NCBI RefSeq assembly: GCF_006345805.1
Contig: NC_042998.1
Location: forward strand, 31,992,001 to 32,056,000
DNA length: 64,000 nucleotides
Source of the DNA: Octopus sinensis
Taxonomy: Eukaryota
Reading direction: 5' to 3'
Shown here: one piece after another, positions 42,640-55,944 of the stretch
Layout of the letters: every line of letters begins with the position of its first letter
Numbering within the stretch: position 1 is the stretch's first letter
Notes under the pieces: generated by a model
Databases searched by the model: none
What the model saw: only the letters and a program-made list of their open reading frames with translations
What the model was told of the DNA's origin: nothing
Translations under genes and position numbers: made by a program

Positions 42640-42856
42640 GTAGGTGTCTTCAAAGCAAAACTGGGTCTCCTCCTGTCAAGGGTTTCAGATGAGCCTACCT
42701 CACGACAGGAAGCAGAGACGAGGGCAGCAGCATCAAACTCCCTCATTCACCCAATGGTATATATATTCAAATAAGAGTGTAGCATAGCCAGCCGTGGCGC
42801 CCCAGCATGACTGCATCTTTAAAACCGGAACACTTTAACGAATGAAAGAATTAAGG
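42640..42856 (+). mobile_element. CR1-like LINE 3' fragment, right half
   Basis: Continues the left half in frame: VGVFKAKLGLLLSRVSDEP..SNSLIH, followed by a 3' tail. Confidence 0.75.
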
Positions 42857-42906
42857 AAAAATGTATGTATGTGTATATATACATGTATATGTATGTACAT
42901 ACACAC

Positions 42907-42946
<40 letters not shown>

Positions 42947-42976
42947 GCGAGAAAGAAGCAACAAGAATGGATAGGT

Positions 42977-43067
42977 TTTTAGTACAATCGTTTCATACAA
43001 GGACAGGCTTTATTAAAAGTTGCAAAAATTACAGCATATAAACGTGTCCCGTACTCATCAGCTAAAA
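42977..43067 (-). ncRNA. Mirror copy of the PLE1 hammerhead in the 5' inverted repeat
   Basis: Reverse complement of 45848-45938, identical by eye. Confidence 0.8.
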
Positions 43068-45847
43068 TACATGTGAGTTCTCTAGACATCCTAGTGGTTG
43101 AGGCTATACTCATGAAGTAATGTAGATAATTAACATAGGTAACTCGGATAATATTGAAGTAGATAAACCTAAGATGCACACAAATAAAAATAAAAATAAA
43201 AATAATGGTAATAAATACAATAACTCCGGTGAGATGAATAGTAGTAATTCTACGAACCCTAAATTTAATAAAAAAGATATATTATGGCTGAATATTCCTT
43301 TCAACTGTGCGATACAATCGGATATACAGAACAAATTCAAATTAAATCTGGAAAAAAATTTCCCTATCTCTCATAGATATCATAGAATTATATCTAGGAA
43401 AACAGTTAGGATTTCTTATTCAACCCTCCCAAATATGTCCACTTTAATAGCTAAGATTAATAATAAAAACATTAAACTAGCCAGGAAAGATAGAAATAAA
43501 AATAATAATATCAGCATGAATACCAATAGCAATTATAATAATACTACCAACAATAAAAACAGCAATAGTAACTATCAAAACATAGGTGAAATTAGTAACC
43601 ACAGAATGACTAATAACATTAACATTAATAGTAATAATAACAATGCCGATATTAATAGAAGTAATAATGTTAATAATAGAAATAATAGATATAAGGCTAA
43701 TGGAGAAAATAAGGAGAATGAAAATATCAGTGATATTTATAACAACAATATGCAGTCGGATAAAAAGACTAACAATAATAGTAACATTACCAATAATATA
43801 AGAAATCATAGTAGGACTTTAGACCTAAATGATGAAGCTGAAGGATCAATAAATAATAGCAATACTTTAGATATCAGCACCAACTATAGAAATGATAACC
43901 AAAATAATAGGAACCTAAGACATCTACCCAAGAATAATCCAAAGCCTGAAGTTGTTCCTCCTGTGTGTAAGTGTAGAATAAAATCAAAATGCCCGGCACC
44001 TGGTCTATGTGGGGAAAATAATGTAATCTATAAATGTACCATATCCACGGAGAATAACAAATATCTTTACATTGGATGTACAACTAATTTTCTAGCCAGA
44101 GTTAGAAATCACATCTCGTCTTTTTTAAATTACGTCATAAAGCTGGTACCACCACACTTTTAAACAAAATCTGGGAACTCAAAAATAATAATAAAAATTA
44201 TAACCTTAATTGGGAAATAGTTAGGAGAGCAATTCCGTATAAAAATAGTAGGGTTGGTTGCCAACTATGCTCCATGGAGACGTATGAAATTCTAAAGCAT
44301 AGAAAACATAGAAACTTATTGAATAACCATATCGAACTAGGTCAAGTTTGTGTCCACGCTAAATTGAAGACTTTAAAATATTTTAAATGATTAGAATATT
44401 CGTAACTAGATAGATAGATATAACTTGATTTCTACTAGTATAGCACTGCTTTAAGTAGATAACTAAGAGTTCTCACACTACAGTTATCTTTTTCCTTATA
44501 TCTGCATCAGTTTTTTGAGAACAGGGAAATGAATAGTACTTATACGCTGCTTAATTGAGGCTTTATTTAATTTCAAACTCATAATTTTTAAATTCTTAAT
44601 TTTAAATCTTAATTGTAATTTTTAATTTTAATTCCTAACTTAATCTAATTTAAGTAGCATAACTCTAATAAAATAAAATGAGTTACTATAGCCCCATAAT
44701 TCTATTTCAAAATTACATAAATAAGGCTACCCCCTCGGTGATAATATGATTATCTTCATTATGATAGACAATCCCCTAACATCTTGTAAATGATCTTCTA
44801 AGATTTGACCAGTAGTCCGTCAATGTATGAATAATAACGGCAACTCCTTAAGACAATAAAATGAATAAATTAAATAAGTAAATTTTAATGACTTTTTGAT
44901 AAGATTATACTTAGATTTTCCTAATGTATTTTCTTTTGATTTTAGCATCTGACCCCTAAACCCCTGACTGTGTTATCTCTTTAGATTGTCTTTAAATTCA
45001 TAGCTGATTTCAACAGCAATAAATTAGCTGTTTTACTGGTCAAAGAATAATATTCTCCTCTAGTTCCTAGATGCCTGTAAATTAAAACCAGACTTGCCGT
45101 CTACTAATTCTTCTGTATAACTAGAACCCACTTTTTTTCTTTTTCTTTTTTCCCTTCTTTTCCTATTTCTTTCTCTTTTCTCTTTTTTCTTTTTCTTCTT
45201 CTTATTCTCTTTTTCCTTTTCTCTTCTCTTTTAGTCCCCTTCCCCCCTTTTTTGCTCCCTCCTCCTTTATTTTCTCTCTTTTCTTCTATTCCCTTCCCTT
45301 TTCTATTCTTTGCCTCTCTAGAAAGCCCTTCAGCCTTTAAAAGTTAAATAGCTACAGCCTCTTGTAAATAGCAGTAATGTGATTAATGTGGCAAATACCT
45401 AATCATATAACAAGAATTGATACCTACCTCATTGTGTTCAACCATTGATAAATTTATCGCCTGTGAATATGAAATTCCTCTTCATTTCTCTGGAAATTTA
45501 CATCTACACCACTGGAAATTGTGCATCTATACAAAGGATTAATTCACCCTCTCTGTAATGCTAATAAGCAGGAATTGAGACCCACCTCGTTGTGATTAAC
45601 AATGGATAAATTTGTCTTCTGTGAGTATGTAATCCCTCATCATATCTCTGGAAATTCATATGTGCACTATGGATTAGGTCACCTTCTCTGTGATGCTATT
45701 AAAACTTTTTTAAAATTCTGTGATAAGACTGTACATCATCTTTAAAGAACTTTAATGAACTTTGGAAATCTGTTTATGTTACTTATTATCTACATTACTT
45801 CATGAGTATAGCCTCAACCACTAGGATGTCTAGAGAACTCACATGTA

Positions 45848-45938
45848 TTTTAGCTGATGAGTACGGGACACGTTTATATGCTGTAATTTTTGCAACTTTT
45901 AATAAAGCCTGTCCTTGTATGAAACGATTGTACTAAAA
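45848..45938 (+). ncRNA. Complete type I hammerhead ribozyme at the PLE1 3' end
   Basis: TTTTAG-CTGATGA-GTACGGGAC...GTCCTTGTAT-GAAAC-GATT-GTA-CTAAAA; perfect 6-bp stem I, 9-bp stem II with one bulge, intact core; predicted cleavage after 45932. Confidence 0.85.
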
Positions 45939-46080
45939 ACCTATCCATTCTTGTTGCTTCTTTCTCGCTTATAATCACCCCACATTACTGTATTGTTAAA
46001 ACAGTATAGTTTTTTTTGGTGCATCTAAGTTAGGTACCATATTCAAGTAAATTCATTTAAATTAACTTGAATCTTTATTG

Positions 46081-46116
<36 letters not shown>

Positions 46117-47044
46117 ACAGCACACACAAACACACATATCCACGGACGTATAATATATATGTGTGTGCGTGTGTATGTATGTATGTATGTGTGTATGTAT
46201 GTATGTAACGTAAGCTGAACAAACTAAGTTCTCCATCCAGTGAGAGATAAATGTTATTTTATATACTCATTATATTCTTACAGGCCACTAATAGTTTCAT
46301 GCATTGGAGATGTAATCTAGGAATGTTTTAATAACACGCTTTGTATGTCCAAGCAATCAATAGGTTTTGAGCATATGACCTATATAAAATCTTTCCTAGT
46401 TTACTTCTCTAACGCATGAAACTATTGGTAGCTGGTAACTATATATTGTGTACATTAAATAAATAATATGTATCTCTCTCTCTTTCTCTTTCTTTCTCTC
46501 TTTCCCTGAATATATATATATGCAAATTGGGAAATGGTATTTCTGTTTACGTATACGAGGAATTCGCCCAAAACAGTCCATTGTAGCGCAAATCTATTTC
46601 GGCTAATGTATTCTTAAGCAAACAATCGCATTCCTAAAATAATTTCCTGCGTATCTCTGATCCTCAAATCACACCACATAAAACCGAAGAATGATATTGC
46701 TTGCTTTATCAAAGAGATGAAGTAATTTCCATGCATACATGACAGGAACAATTCATAAAGTAATTAAAATGACAGACAAGGTGAAGTAAGTAAGAGATAT
46801 CAATAGATTCTGCAAAGAGCGAGTACGAGAGAGAATAATAAAAAAAACAAAAAACAAAGATGTTCAAAAAATCTAGAACAAATTAAAAAGACACTTGCAA
46901 TTAGAAGACCAAAGAAGGTGGGTGTCTGTATACGTGTGTGAATGTGTTTGAGTATATGTATGGTAGAGAGAGGGTTGGCTGAATGTATAGGGCTTAACAG
47001 GAAACTATTACTTTGTGGTGTTCGTAAGTATATTCGTATATGTT

Positions 47045-47315
47045 GGGAAGCGCAATGGCCTAGTGTTTAGGGCAGCGGACTCGCGGTTTCGATTACCAGA
47101 CCGGGCGTTGTAAGTGTTTATTGAATTAAAACACCTAAAGCTCTACATGATTACGGTAGGGGCTGTTTCTCTTGGACCTGTATTTCAAAGGGCCAGTCTT
47201 GTCACACTCTGTGTCACGTTGAAACTCCCCGAGAACTACGTTAAGGGTACGCGAGTCTGTGGAGTGCTCAGCCACTTGCACGTTAATTTCCCGAACAGGC
47301 TGTTCCGTTGATCGT
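47045..47315 (+). mobile_element. tRNA-derived SINE family D
   Basis: A box TGGCCTAGTG and B box-like GGTTTCGATTACC, followed by a body unlike families A-C; single copy in this window. Confidence 0.55.
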
Positions 47316-47384
47316 ATATGTGTATGCGTGCATGTATGTATGCATGTATGTATATACACATGTGTGTATACGTATTTTCTGTTA

Positions 47385-47550
47385 TTCTTTCATTCTTTTA
47401 TTCTTTTACTGGTTTCAGTCATTTGAATTTGGCCATACCTGAGCACCGGTACTTATTCTATTGGTTTCTTTTGCCAAACCGCTAAGTTTGGAGACATAAA
47501 CGCACCAACGTCGGTTGTCAGGCGATGGTGAAGGGACATACAGAGACACA
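47385..47550 (-). mobile_element. SINE family A, 3' half
   Basis: TTTCAGTCATTTG..CGGTTGTCAGGCGATGG. Confidence 0.7.
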
Positions 47551-47576
47551 CAAATACATACATAATATACATTTAT

Positions 47577-48760
<1,184 letters not shown>

Positions 48761-48762
48761 TA

Positions 48763-51700
48763 TGTGAAATAGAAAGATGAATAATCTTGTAGTAGATTAA
48801 TCAAAAGTTTAACCGATACCTTAGTAGCAAAAATCACAGCAGTGAACACCACGGTTGGAGGTACAAACCATCTGGCGTTGCAACCGTGCGTTGGTGCGGA
48901 TAATTGAAATTAAAACATTATTGGTGAATTGAAGAAATGGAGCTGAACGCAGATTGAACAGAAATCGTTTTATTTCATTCTACACGTGTTTCGAAAGGCA
49001 CAAATTACCAAAATCCGATTGAATAATGGGACCATATTGTGTCTTTCTCTTCAGGAGAAAAAAGGAAATCCGTTGGAAAAACAAAAACAGAACAGAGGCA
49101 GAGCAAAAAACAAATCGAACTGTGCTCCTAAGAGCCCATGGCGAAACTGTTTATCAGTGTATGTTGAGAACCGGTGGCTGAAGAATTCAACAGGTCAGGC
49201 ATCGGTCAAATGTGGGTGAGGGTGTATAGATGTTCTTTGTGACCGAGAATAAAGTTCTGACTATTTAAAGAATATTGGATGTTTTATAAGGGGCGAGAAA
49301 AAATCTACTTAGAGACGTGTGTGTGTGTATACTGTTCTATATATGTGTGTGTTGGCGTAGGGGTAGAAAACATTTTTTGTGTACGTGTGTGCGTTTGATC
49401 GTTCGGCTGTCAGTGGCTACTGCCGTGATAACCGTTGGGTGGCAGAAAGAAAAAAAAAAGAAATTATATATATATTTTATGTTTTATGTGTGTGTGTGTG
49501 TGTTCATCTAAGCCTACCTTGACAAGGAAACCCCCCGCTGTGAAAAAACAAGCCCCGTTTGTCTTACAGGAGTAATTTCCCTTGCAGTGGTTAATTGTAG
49601 ATATCTTAAAATCTATTTCAGAATTTGTTACCAAGGGCTATGGGTGCCGGTCTTATTTATAAACGCTATTTAAAGGCCAGATAAGTGTAACGCCGCCAAT
49701 GGGGGCATCGAAAAGCCGACTGTAAGAGCCCGTTTACCATCCGGCCTCTGGCAAACAAAATATGGAAGAGTTCGGAGACACAAAGGTTGCACTGTCTTCT
49801 GCCCCTATCAAATGGGAGGGCCACCGACAAAATTGACCATTCCAGCCTATAGCTTAAGTTCGCATCCTTCAGTCGCCATATTAGCTTACTGAGTCCCGTG
49901 GTCTGGCGCTTGTTCACGTCCCGAAAAGTTGCGTAATGGTTGGAGACACGCAAAGACAATCTTGAGGATGATGCCCCTATATAAGTGAAGGCATCTGAGT
50001 CCGTGTAAACCTTGCATTGGTAGACGGCGTTTTTGATCTTGGAGTTCGCCGACGTAAATCTTACTCTGCTAGGATTGGTTTCTGAAATTAGAACTGCGTT
50101 CCTGTCACTATATTCGTTCCGAGACCTGCAGCCGCTTACTACTCTATTTTCCACTACGTCACTATTAACTATAGGAATAACCCCTGATTCTCCACTATCT
50201 ATCAGAGTGCTGTCATTGCTACTGCCCGTGGTACTGCTATTGCGGGAAATGATGCTGGGGATGCTAAGGGGCTCTCTACCCTACTCCCATTGTTACCATC
50301 AACCACAACACCCCTATTTATAACTATACCCCTAGTGGGTACTCCCTGGCTGGAGCTGAGATTATGTGTCACTGTACTGGCTCTCATATCATTATTACTA
50401 CTATAATTTCCTACTGAGCATTAAACCGGGAGCGGAAGAGGCTGTGCCTCCGGAAAAAGGTGATAGGGTCTTAGTAAGTAGCCTATTATTATGGGAGGCG
50501 ATTATCTGGGCGAGGTTTTTAGTGTTGGAGAAAGCTATCCTAACTTTATGTGAGTTAACCGTGGAGTAATATTTGGAATTTCTGGGGAAGTTATTGGCGA
50601 TGGCTTGTCTAAACATGAGGGGGAGGTTAGTTCTAATCTGCTTACCAAAGGGGATTACAAACCATATATGCTTATTCCTATCAGTGTGATGGGTCGGGAC
50701 GCCAGCTCTCGCATTTGGGTGGGTGATTCTCGGATGAATAACGGGTCTTGGGTTAGTGTAAGACCTCCCGGACCGATAATTATCCTTGTTCGCTAAATTA
50801 AATGCGGGAGCGACTACCCCGGTATCCGCCGCGCTCCCGTCCTTACTTAAAATGTTAATGTTATTATATACGGCCCTATCCTGATGACCGAATGATGGCA
50901 TCGGAAGGGCCGGATCAATATAAATTACCTTCTGCCTATACCGGCCTTGGATAGTGCGGCGTTATAAAAATCCGCTTTCTGCATAAAAATATCGGCACTG
51001 GCGGACAGGCCAGACAATCTTAGAGAGGTTTTTAACCAAATTGTCTGTTACGGTTTTGGCATGATTTGAGAAGACACTGACATACTTCAAATTAGTGGAA
51101 GGCTTATGGTAAGGGCAGTATGAGTCGCTATTAAGGTTAAGTGTAACGTCTAGGAAATTAGCCTTGGTGAGTTCGTTATCAAAAACTATACTCATGCCCA
51201 TTCTATTAAAAAACCTAGCTAACCTGCTCTTAGTTTTCTGCACTATTCTGTTCGTGGTGTTTTGCAGGTAAAACAGACAATCGTCACGATACAGGCCGCC
51301 CGCGATTTCCGGGAATTGATCGGACAATTCGTAGAGAATATATATTCCGACCAAATCGGCTATCTGCGCACTATCCGAACTACCATAGGCACATCAAATT
51401 CATTGGGAGTATCCTTACGGATCCACAGCTTATTATCAAACTTAATAAACGATTTCCTGGCAACTAAAATGATATCTATCTCTTCTCTGGTGAGGCCTGC
51501 CTTGTTGTGAGCATGCCAGAGGGCCTTATTTAGCACACTAGGGTTAATCGAGGGGTAGAAGCTGGCGATATCAAACTGAATGAACCTAGTACGGTTCTTA
51601 TTGGGGATGGAAGAGAACCACTTCACTACCTGCGAGGAGTTGGCCCAGAGGCTGAGCTTCAGCTTGTTTACTAAACTAGGGATATATTTATCTAAAATGT

Positions 51701-51971
51701 ACTTACTGATTATCCCGATATCAGATCTAGCAGGGCATATGAGTCTTAGCGCTGGGTTGGTGTGGAAGTTGGGTTTATGGTCCTTCACTATAAATCTGGG
51801 TTGCTTGGGGCTAAGCGGCTGAGTTCTCATTTGAATTCGGTGTTTAAATATTATATCCTTAATTTCCAAGTTTACCTTCCTCAGGGTACTCCAATTGGTT
51901 TTTCTATAATTTTTCTTGATCTCTTTACCGAGTAAATCTAGGTACTGCTTAATGGGCATCTTGTATGTGTT
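48763..51971 (-). mobile_element. Penelope-like retroelement (PLE2), left arm: 5'-truncated RT + low-complexity linker + C-terminal GIY-YIG endonuclease + 3' UTR, ending in (TA)n
   Basis: RT motifs KDHKPNF, IQFDIASFYPSI, LYRDDCL, NFLDVTLNL; linker HIWFVIPF..NNFP; EN AVYQC..TYIGAS..LRVSNH..CNLCVSE..CPH (ORFs 51360-51959, 50962-51354, 50401-50901, 49666-50154). Clade is most like Hydra-type PLEs (inference). Confidence 0.9.
48978..49057 (-). ncRNA. Mirror copy of the PLE2 hammerhead motif
   Basis: Reverse complement of the 54660-54739 motif; stem I is weaker (ctc vs gaa). Confidence 0.6.
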
Positions 51972-54794
51972 CCTGCTAGATCTGATATCGGGATAATCAG
52001 TAAGTACATTTTAGATAAATATATCCCTAGTTTAGTAAACAAGCTGAAGCTCAGCCTCTGGGCCAACTCCTCGCAGGTAGTGAAGTGGTTCTCTTCCATC
52101 CCCAATAAGAACCGTACTAGGTTCATTCAGTTTGATATCGCCAGCTTCTACCCCTCGATTAACCCTAGTGTGCTAAATAAGGCCCTCTGGCATGCTCACA
52201 ACAAGGCAGGCCTCACCAGAGAAGAGATAGATATCATTTTAGTTGCCAGGAAATCGTTTATTAAGTTTGATAATAAGCTGTGGATCCGTAAGGATACTCC
52301 CAATGAATTTGATGTGCCTATGGGTAGTTCGGATAGTGCGCAGATAGCCGATTTGGTCGGAATATATATTCTCTACGAATTGTCCGATCAATTCCCGGAA
52401 ATCGCGGGCGGCCTGTATCGTGACGATTGTCTTGTTTTACCTGCAAAACACCACGAACAGAATAGTGCAGAAAACTAAGAGCAGGTTAGCTAGGTTTTTT
52501 AATAGAATGGGCATGAGTATAGTTTTTGATAACGAACTCACCAAGGCTAATTTCCTAGACGTTACACTTAACCTTAATAGCGACTCATACTGCCCTTACC
52601 ATAAGCCTTCCACTAATTTGAAGTATGTCAGTGTCTTCTCAAATCATGCCAAAACCGTAACAGACAATTTGGGTAAAAAACATCTCTCTAAGATTGTCTG
52701 GCCTGTCCGCCAGTGCCGATATTTTTATGCAGAAAGCGGATTTTTATAACGCCGCACTATCCAAGGCCGGTTATAGGCAGAAGGTAATTTATATTGATCC
52801 GGCCCTTCGATGCCATCATTCGGTCATCAGGATAGGGCCGTATATAATAACATTAACATTTTAAGTAAGGACGGGAGCGCGGCGGATACCGGGGTAGTCG
52901 CTCCCGCATTTAATTTAGCGAACAAGGATAATTATCGGTCCGGGAGGTCTTACACTAACCCAAGACCCGTTATTCATCCGAGAATCACCCACCCAAATGC
53001 GAGAGCTGGCGTCCCGACCCATCACACTGATAGGAATAAGCATATATGGTTGTAATCCCCTTTGGTAAGCAGATTAGAACTAACCTCCCCCTCATGTTTA
53101 GAAGCCATCGCCAATAACTTCCCCAGAAATTCCAAATATTACTCCACGGTTAACTCACATAAAGTTAGGATAGCTTTCTCCAACACTAAAAACCTCGCCC
53201 AGATAATCGCCTCCCATAATAATAGGCTACTTACTAAGACCCTATCACCTTTTTCCGGAGGCACAGCCTCTTCCGCTCCCGGTTTAATGCTCAGTAGGAA
53301 TAATTATAGTAGTAATAATGATATGAGAGCCAGTACAGTGACACATAATCTCAGCTCCAGCCAGGGAGTACCCACTAGGGGTATAGTTATAAATAGGGGT
53401 GTTGTGGTTGATGGTAACAATGGGAGTAGGGTAGAGAGCCCCTTTAGCATCCCCAGCATCATTTCCCGCAATAGCAGTACCACGGGCAGTAGCAATGACA
53501 GCACTCTGATAGATAGTGGAGAATCAGGGGTTATTCCTATAGTTAATAGTGACGTAGTGGAAAATAGAGTAGTAAGCGGCTGCAGGTCTCGGAACGAATA
53601 TAGTGACAGGAACGCAGTTCTAATTTCAGAAACCAATCCTAGCAGAGTAAGATTTACGTCGGCGAACTCCAAGATCAAAAACGCCGTCTACCAATGCAAG
53701 GTTTACACGGACTCAGATGCCTTCACTTATATAGGGGCATCATCCTCAAGATTGTCTTTGCGTGTTCTCCAACCATTACGCAACTTTTCGGGACGTGAAC
53801 AAGCGCCAGACCACGGGACTCAGTAAGCTAATATGGCGACTGAAGGATGCGAACTTAAGCTATAGGCTGGAATGGTCAATTTTGTCGGTGGCCCTCCCAT
53901 TTGATAGGGGCAGAAGACAGTGCAACCTTTGTGTCTCCGAACTCTTCCATATTTTGTTTGCCAGAGGCCGGATGGTAAACGGGCTCTTACAGTCGGCTTT
54001 TCGATGCCCCCATTGGCGGCGTTACACTTATCTGGCCTTTAAATAGCGTTTATAAATAAGACCGGCACCCATAGCCCTTGGTAACAAATTCTGAAATAGA
54101 TTTTAAGATATACTACAATTAACCACTGCAAGGGAAATTACTCCTGTAAGACAAACGGGGCTTGTTTTTCACAGCGGGGGGTTTCCTTGTCAAGGTAGGC
54201 TTAGATGAACACACACACACACACATAAAACATAAAATATATATATATAATTTCTTTATATTTTTTTCTTTCTGCCACCCAACGGTTATCACGGCAGTAG
54301 CCACTGACAGCCGAACGATCAAACGCACACACGTACACAAAAAATGTTTTCTACCCCTACGCCAACACACACATATATAGAACAGTATACACACACACAC
54401 GTCTCTAAGTAGATTTTTTCTCGCCCCTTATAAAACATCCATATTCTTAAATAGTCAGAACTTTATTCTCGGTCACAAAGAACATCTATACACCCTCACC
54501 CACATGTTTGACCGATGCCTGACCTGTTGAATTCTTCAGCCACCGGTTCTCAACATACACTGATAAACAGTTTCGCCAGGGGCTCTTAGGAGCACAGTTC
54601 GATTGTTTTTTGCTCTGCCTCTGTTCTGTTTTTGTTTTTCCAACGGATTTCCTTTTTTCTTCCTGAAGAGAAAGACACAATATGGTCCCATTATTCAATC
54701 GGATTTTGGTAATTTGTGCCTTTCGAAACACGTGTAGAATGAAATAAAACGATTTCTGTTCAATCTGCGTTCAGCTCCATTTCTTCAATTCACC
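51972..54794 (+). mobile_element. PLE2 right arm: inverted near-identical copy of the left arm, truncated at both ends, followed by (TA)n
   Basis: Reverse complement of 48923-51734; ORFs 52080-52478, 52420-52749, 52810-53055, 53062-53826 and 53762-54046 give the same RT and EN peptides. Confidence 0.9.
54660..54739 (+). ncRNA. Type I hammerhead ribozyme motif in PLE2 3' UTR
   Basis: ttc-CTGAAGA-gaaagacacaa...ttgtgcctttc-GAAAC-ACGT-GTA-gaa; stem II 10 of 11 bp, palindromic stem III ACACGTGT, 3-bp stem I; predicted cleavage after 54736. Confidence 0.7.
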
Positions 54795-54811
54795 TATATA
54801 TATATATATAT

Positions 54812-54851
<40 letters not shown>

Positions 54852-54877
54852 CATATTCATATATAGATATAAATATA

Positions 54878-54918
<41 letters not shown>

Positions 54919-54989
54919 TAAACAATATCAGTCTATCCACACGATATATATATATATATATATACCAAGTGTGTGATGTCTTCCACAAA

Positions 54990-55520
54990 AATATGACATA
55001 ATCGACGTCTTTGGCTGTATCTTGGGGCTCCTTTGTTTATTAAGCATTTTGTAGTAGTTTCTTGCTTTTTGATTGCAAATGTATAGCTTTTGAAGTGTGA
55101 TTTGATGTAGCAGTCAAAGCCTAAGGAAGGCTTTGCCATCTTCAAGTCTTCAAGAAATATATCCATGCATGATGATTTGTTTTGGCATCGTAGTTCGGCT
55201 GTGTGGGAGGTCGTCAGAAACAGAATACTTACTGTTGACACGTGGAACATTGTTATTTTCGCTTTTCAGCGCTTGGTTTATATGACTTTTGCTGTTGTTG
55301 TTTAGCAAGTGTTGAACGAAAGAGACTACATGATGTTCGGAAGCTGTCTTGCACTGCTGTCAAGCCTCTTCCTCCTTCATCTCTTTTTAGTTAGAGCCTG
55401 TCAATATCATTGTTTCGTTGGAAGCATCCAGTTAATATCAAGATCCAGCGAGTTTTATTGTCTATGAAGTGGATTTCCTCTGCCTGTCAGTCAAGTATCA
55501 TGGTATCAAACGTTGGTATC
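54990..55520 (-). mobile_element. Old R4-clade LINE remnant
   Basis: Hand translation IDNKTRWILILTGCFQRNNDIDRL*LKRDEGGRGL and MHGYI. Confidence 0.6.
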
Positions 55521-55754
55521 AAGATATCAAATGCTGAAGGGGTAAAATTTCCGAAATATGGCATATACATACATTACTCAGTTTTCATCTTCGGTCTCGT
55601 TGTTTTTGTTTTTACATTTTACGTCTCGGATACGAAACATCGTAACAAAAGTCAGTGCCGGCCATGATTTCTATAGAATATCTGTAGAGTTAAACTTAAC
55701 AAGTGATTTAAGTGATGGAGGGCTTTTGGTGTGTTGGAGAATTACAAAAGTGAA

Positions 55755-55864
<110 letters not shown>

Positions 55865-55944
55865 GTCTGTCTATTTGTGTATAGGTTCGTGTATATAAGG
55901 GGTTATATGGGTGCTGACGAGGGTAATTCCCGGCGGCATTTTCG

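Larger units (their letters stand above)
42947..45968 (+). mobile_element. Penelope-like element PLE1: 5'-truncated (RT missing) linker + GIY-YIG EN + 1.6-kb 3' UTR, with an inverted copy of its last 184 bp at the 5' end
   Basis: ORF 43174-44163: ILWLNIPFN..KNFP..SYSTLPN, CKCRIKSKCP..GLC..NVIY..YIGCT..RVRNH; continues after frameshifts as NKIWELK..CQLCSME..LLNN..CVH to a stop at 44390; 42947-43130 is the reverse complement of 45785-45968. Confidence 0.9.

Noticed and set aside
54520-54585. GAAAC...CTGAAGA on the antisense strand of the PLE2 UTR, a possible type II hammerhead
   Set aside because: Stems I and II cannot be formed.
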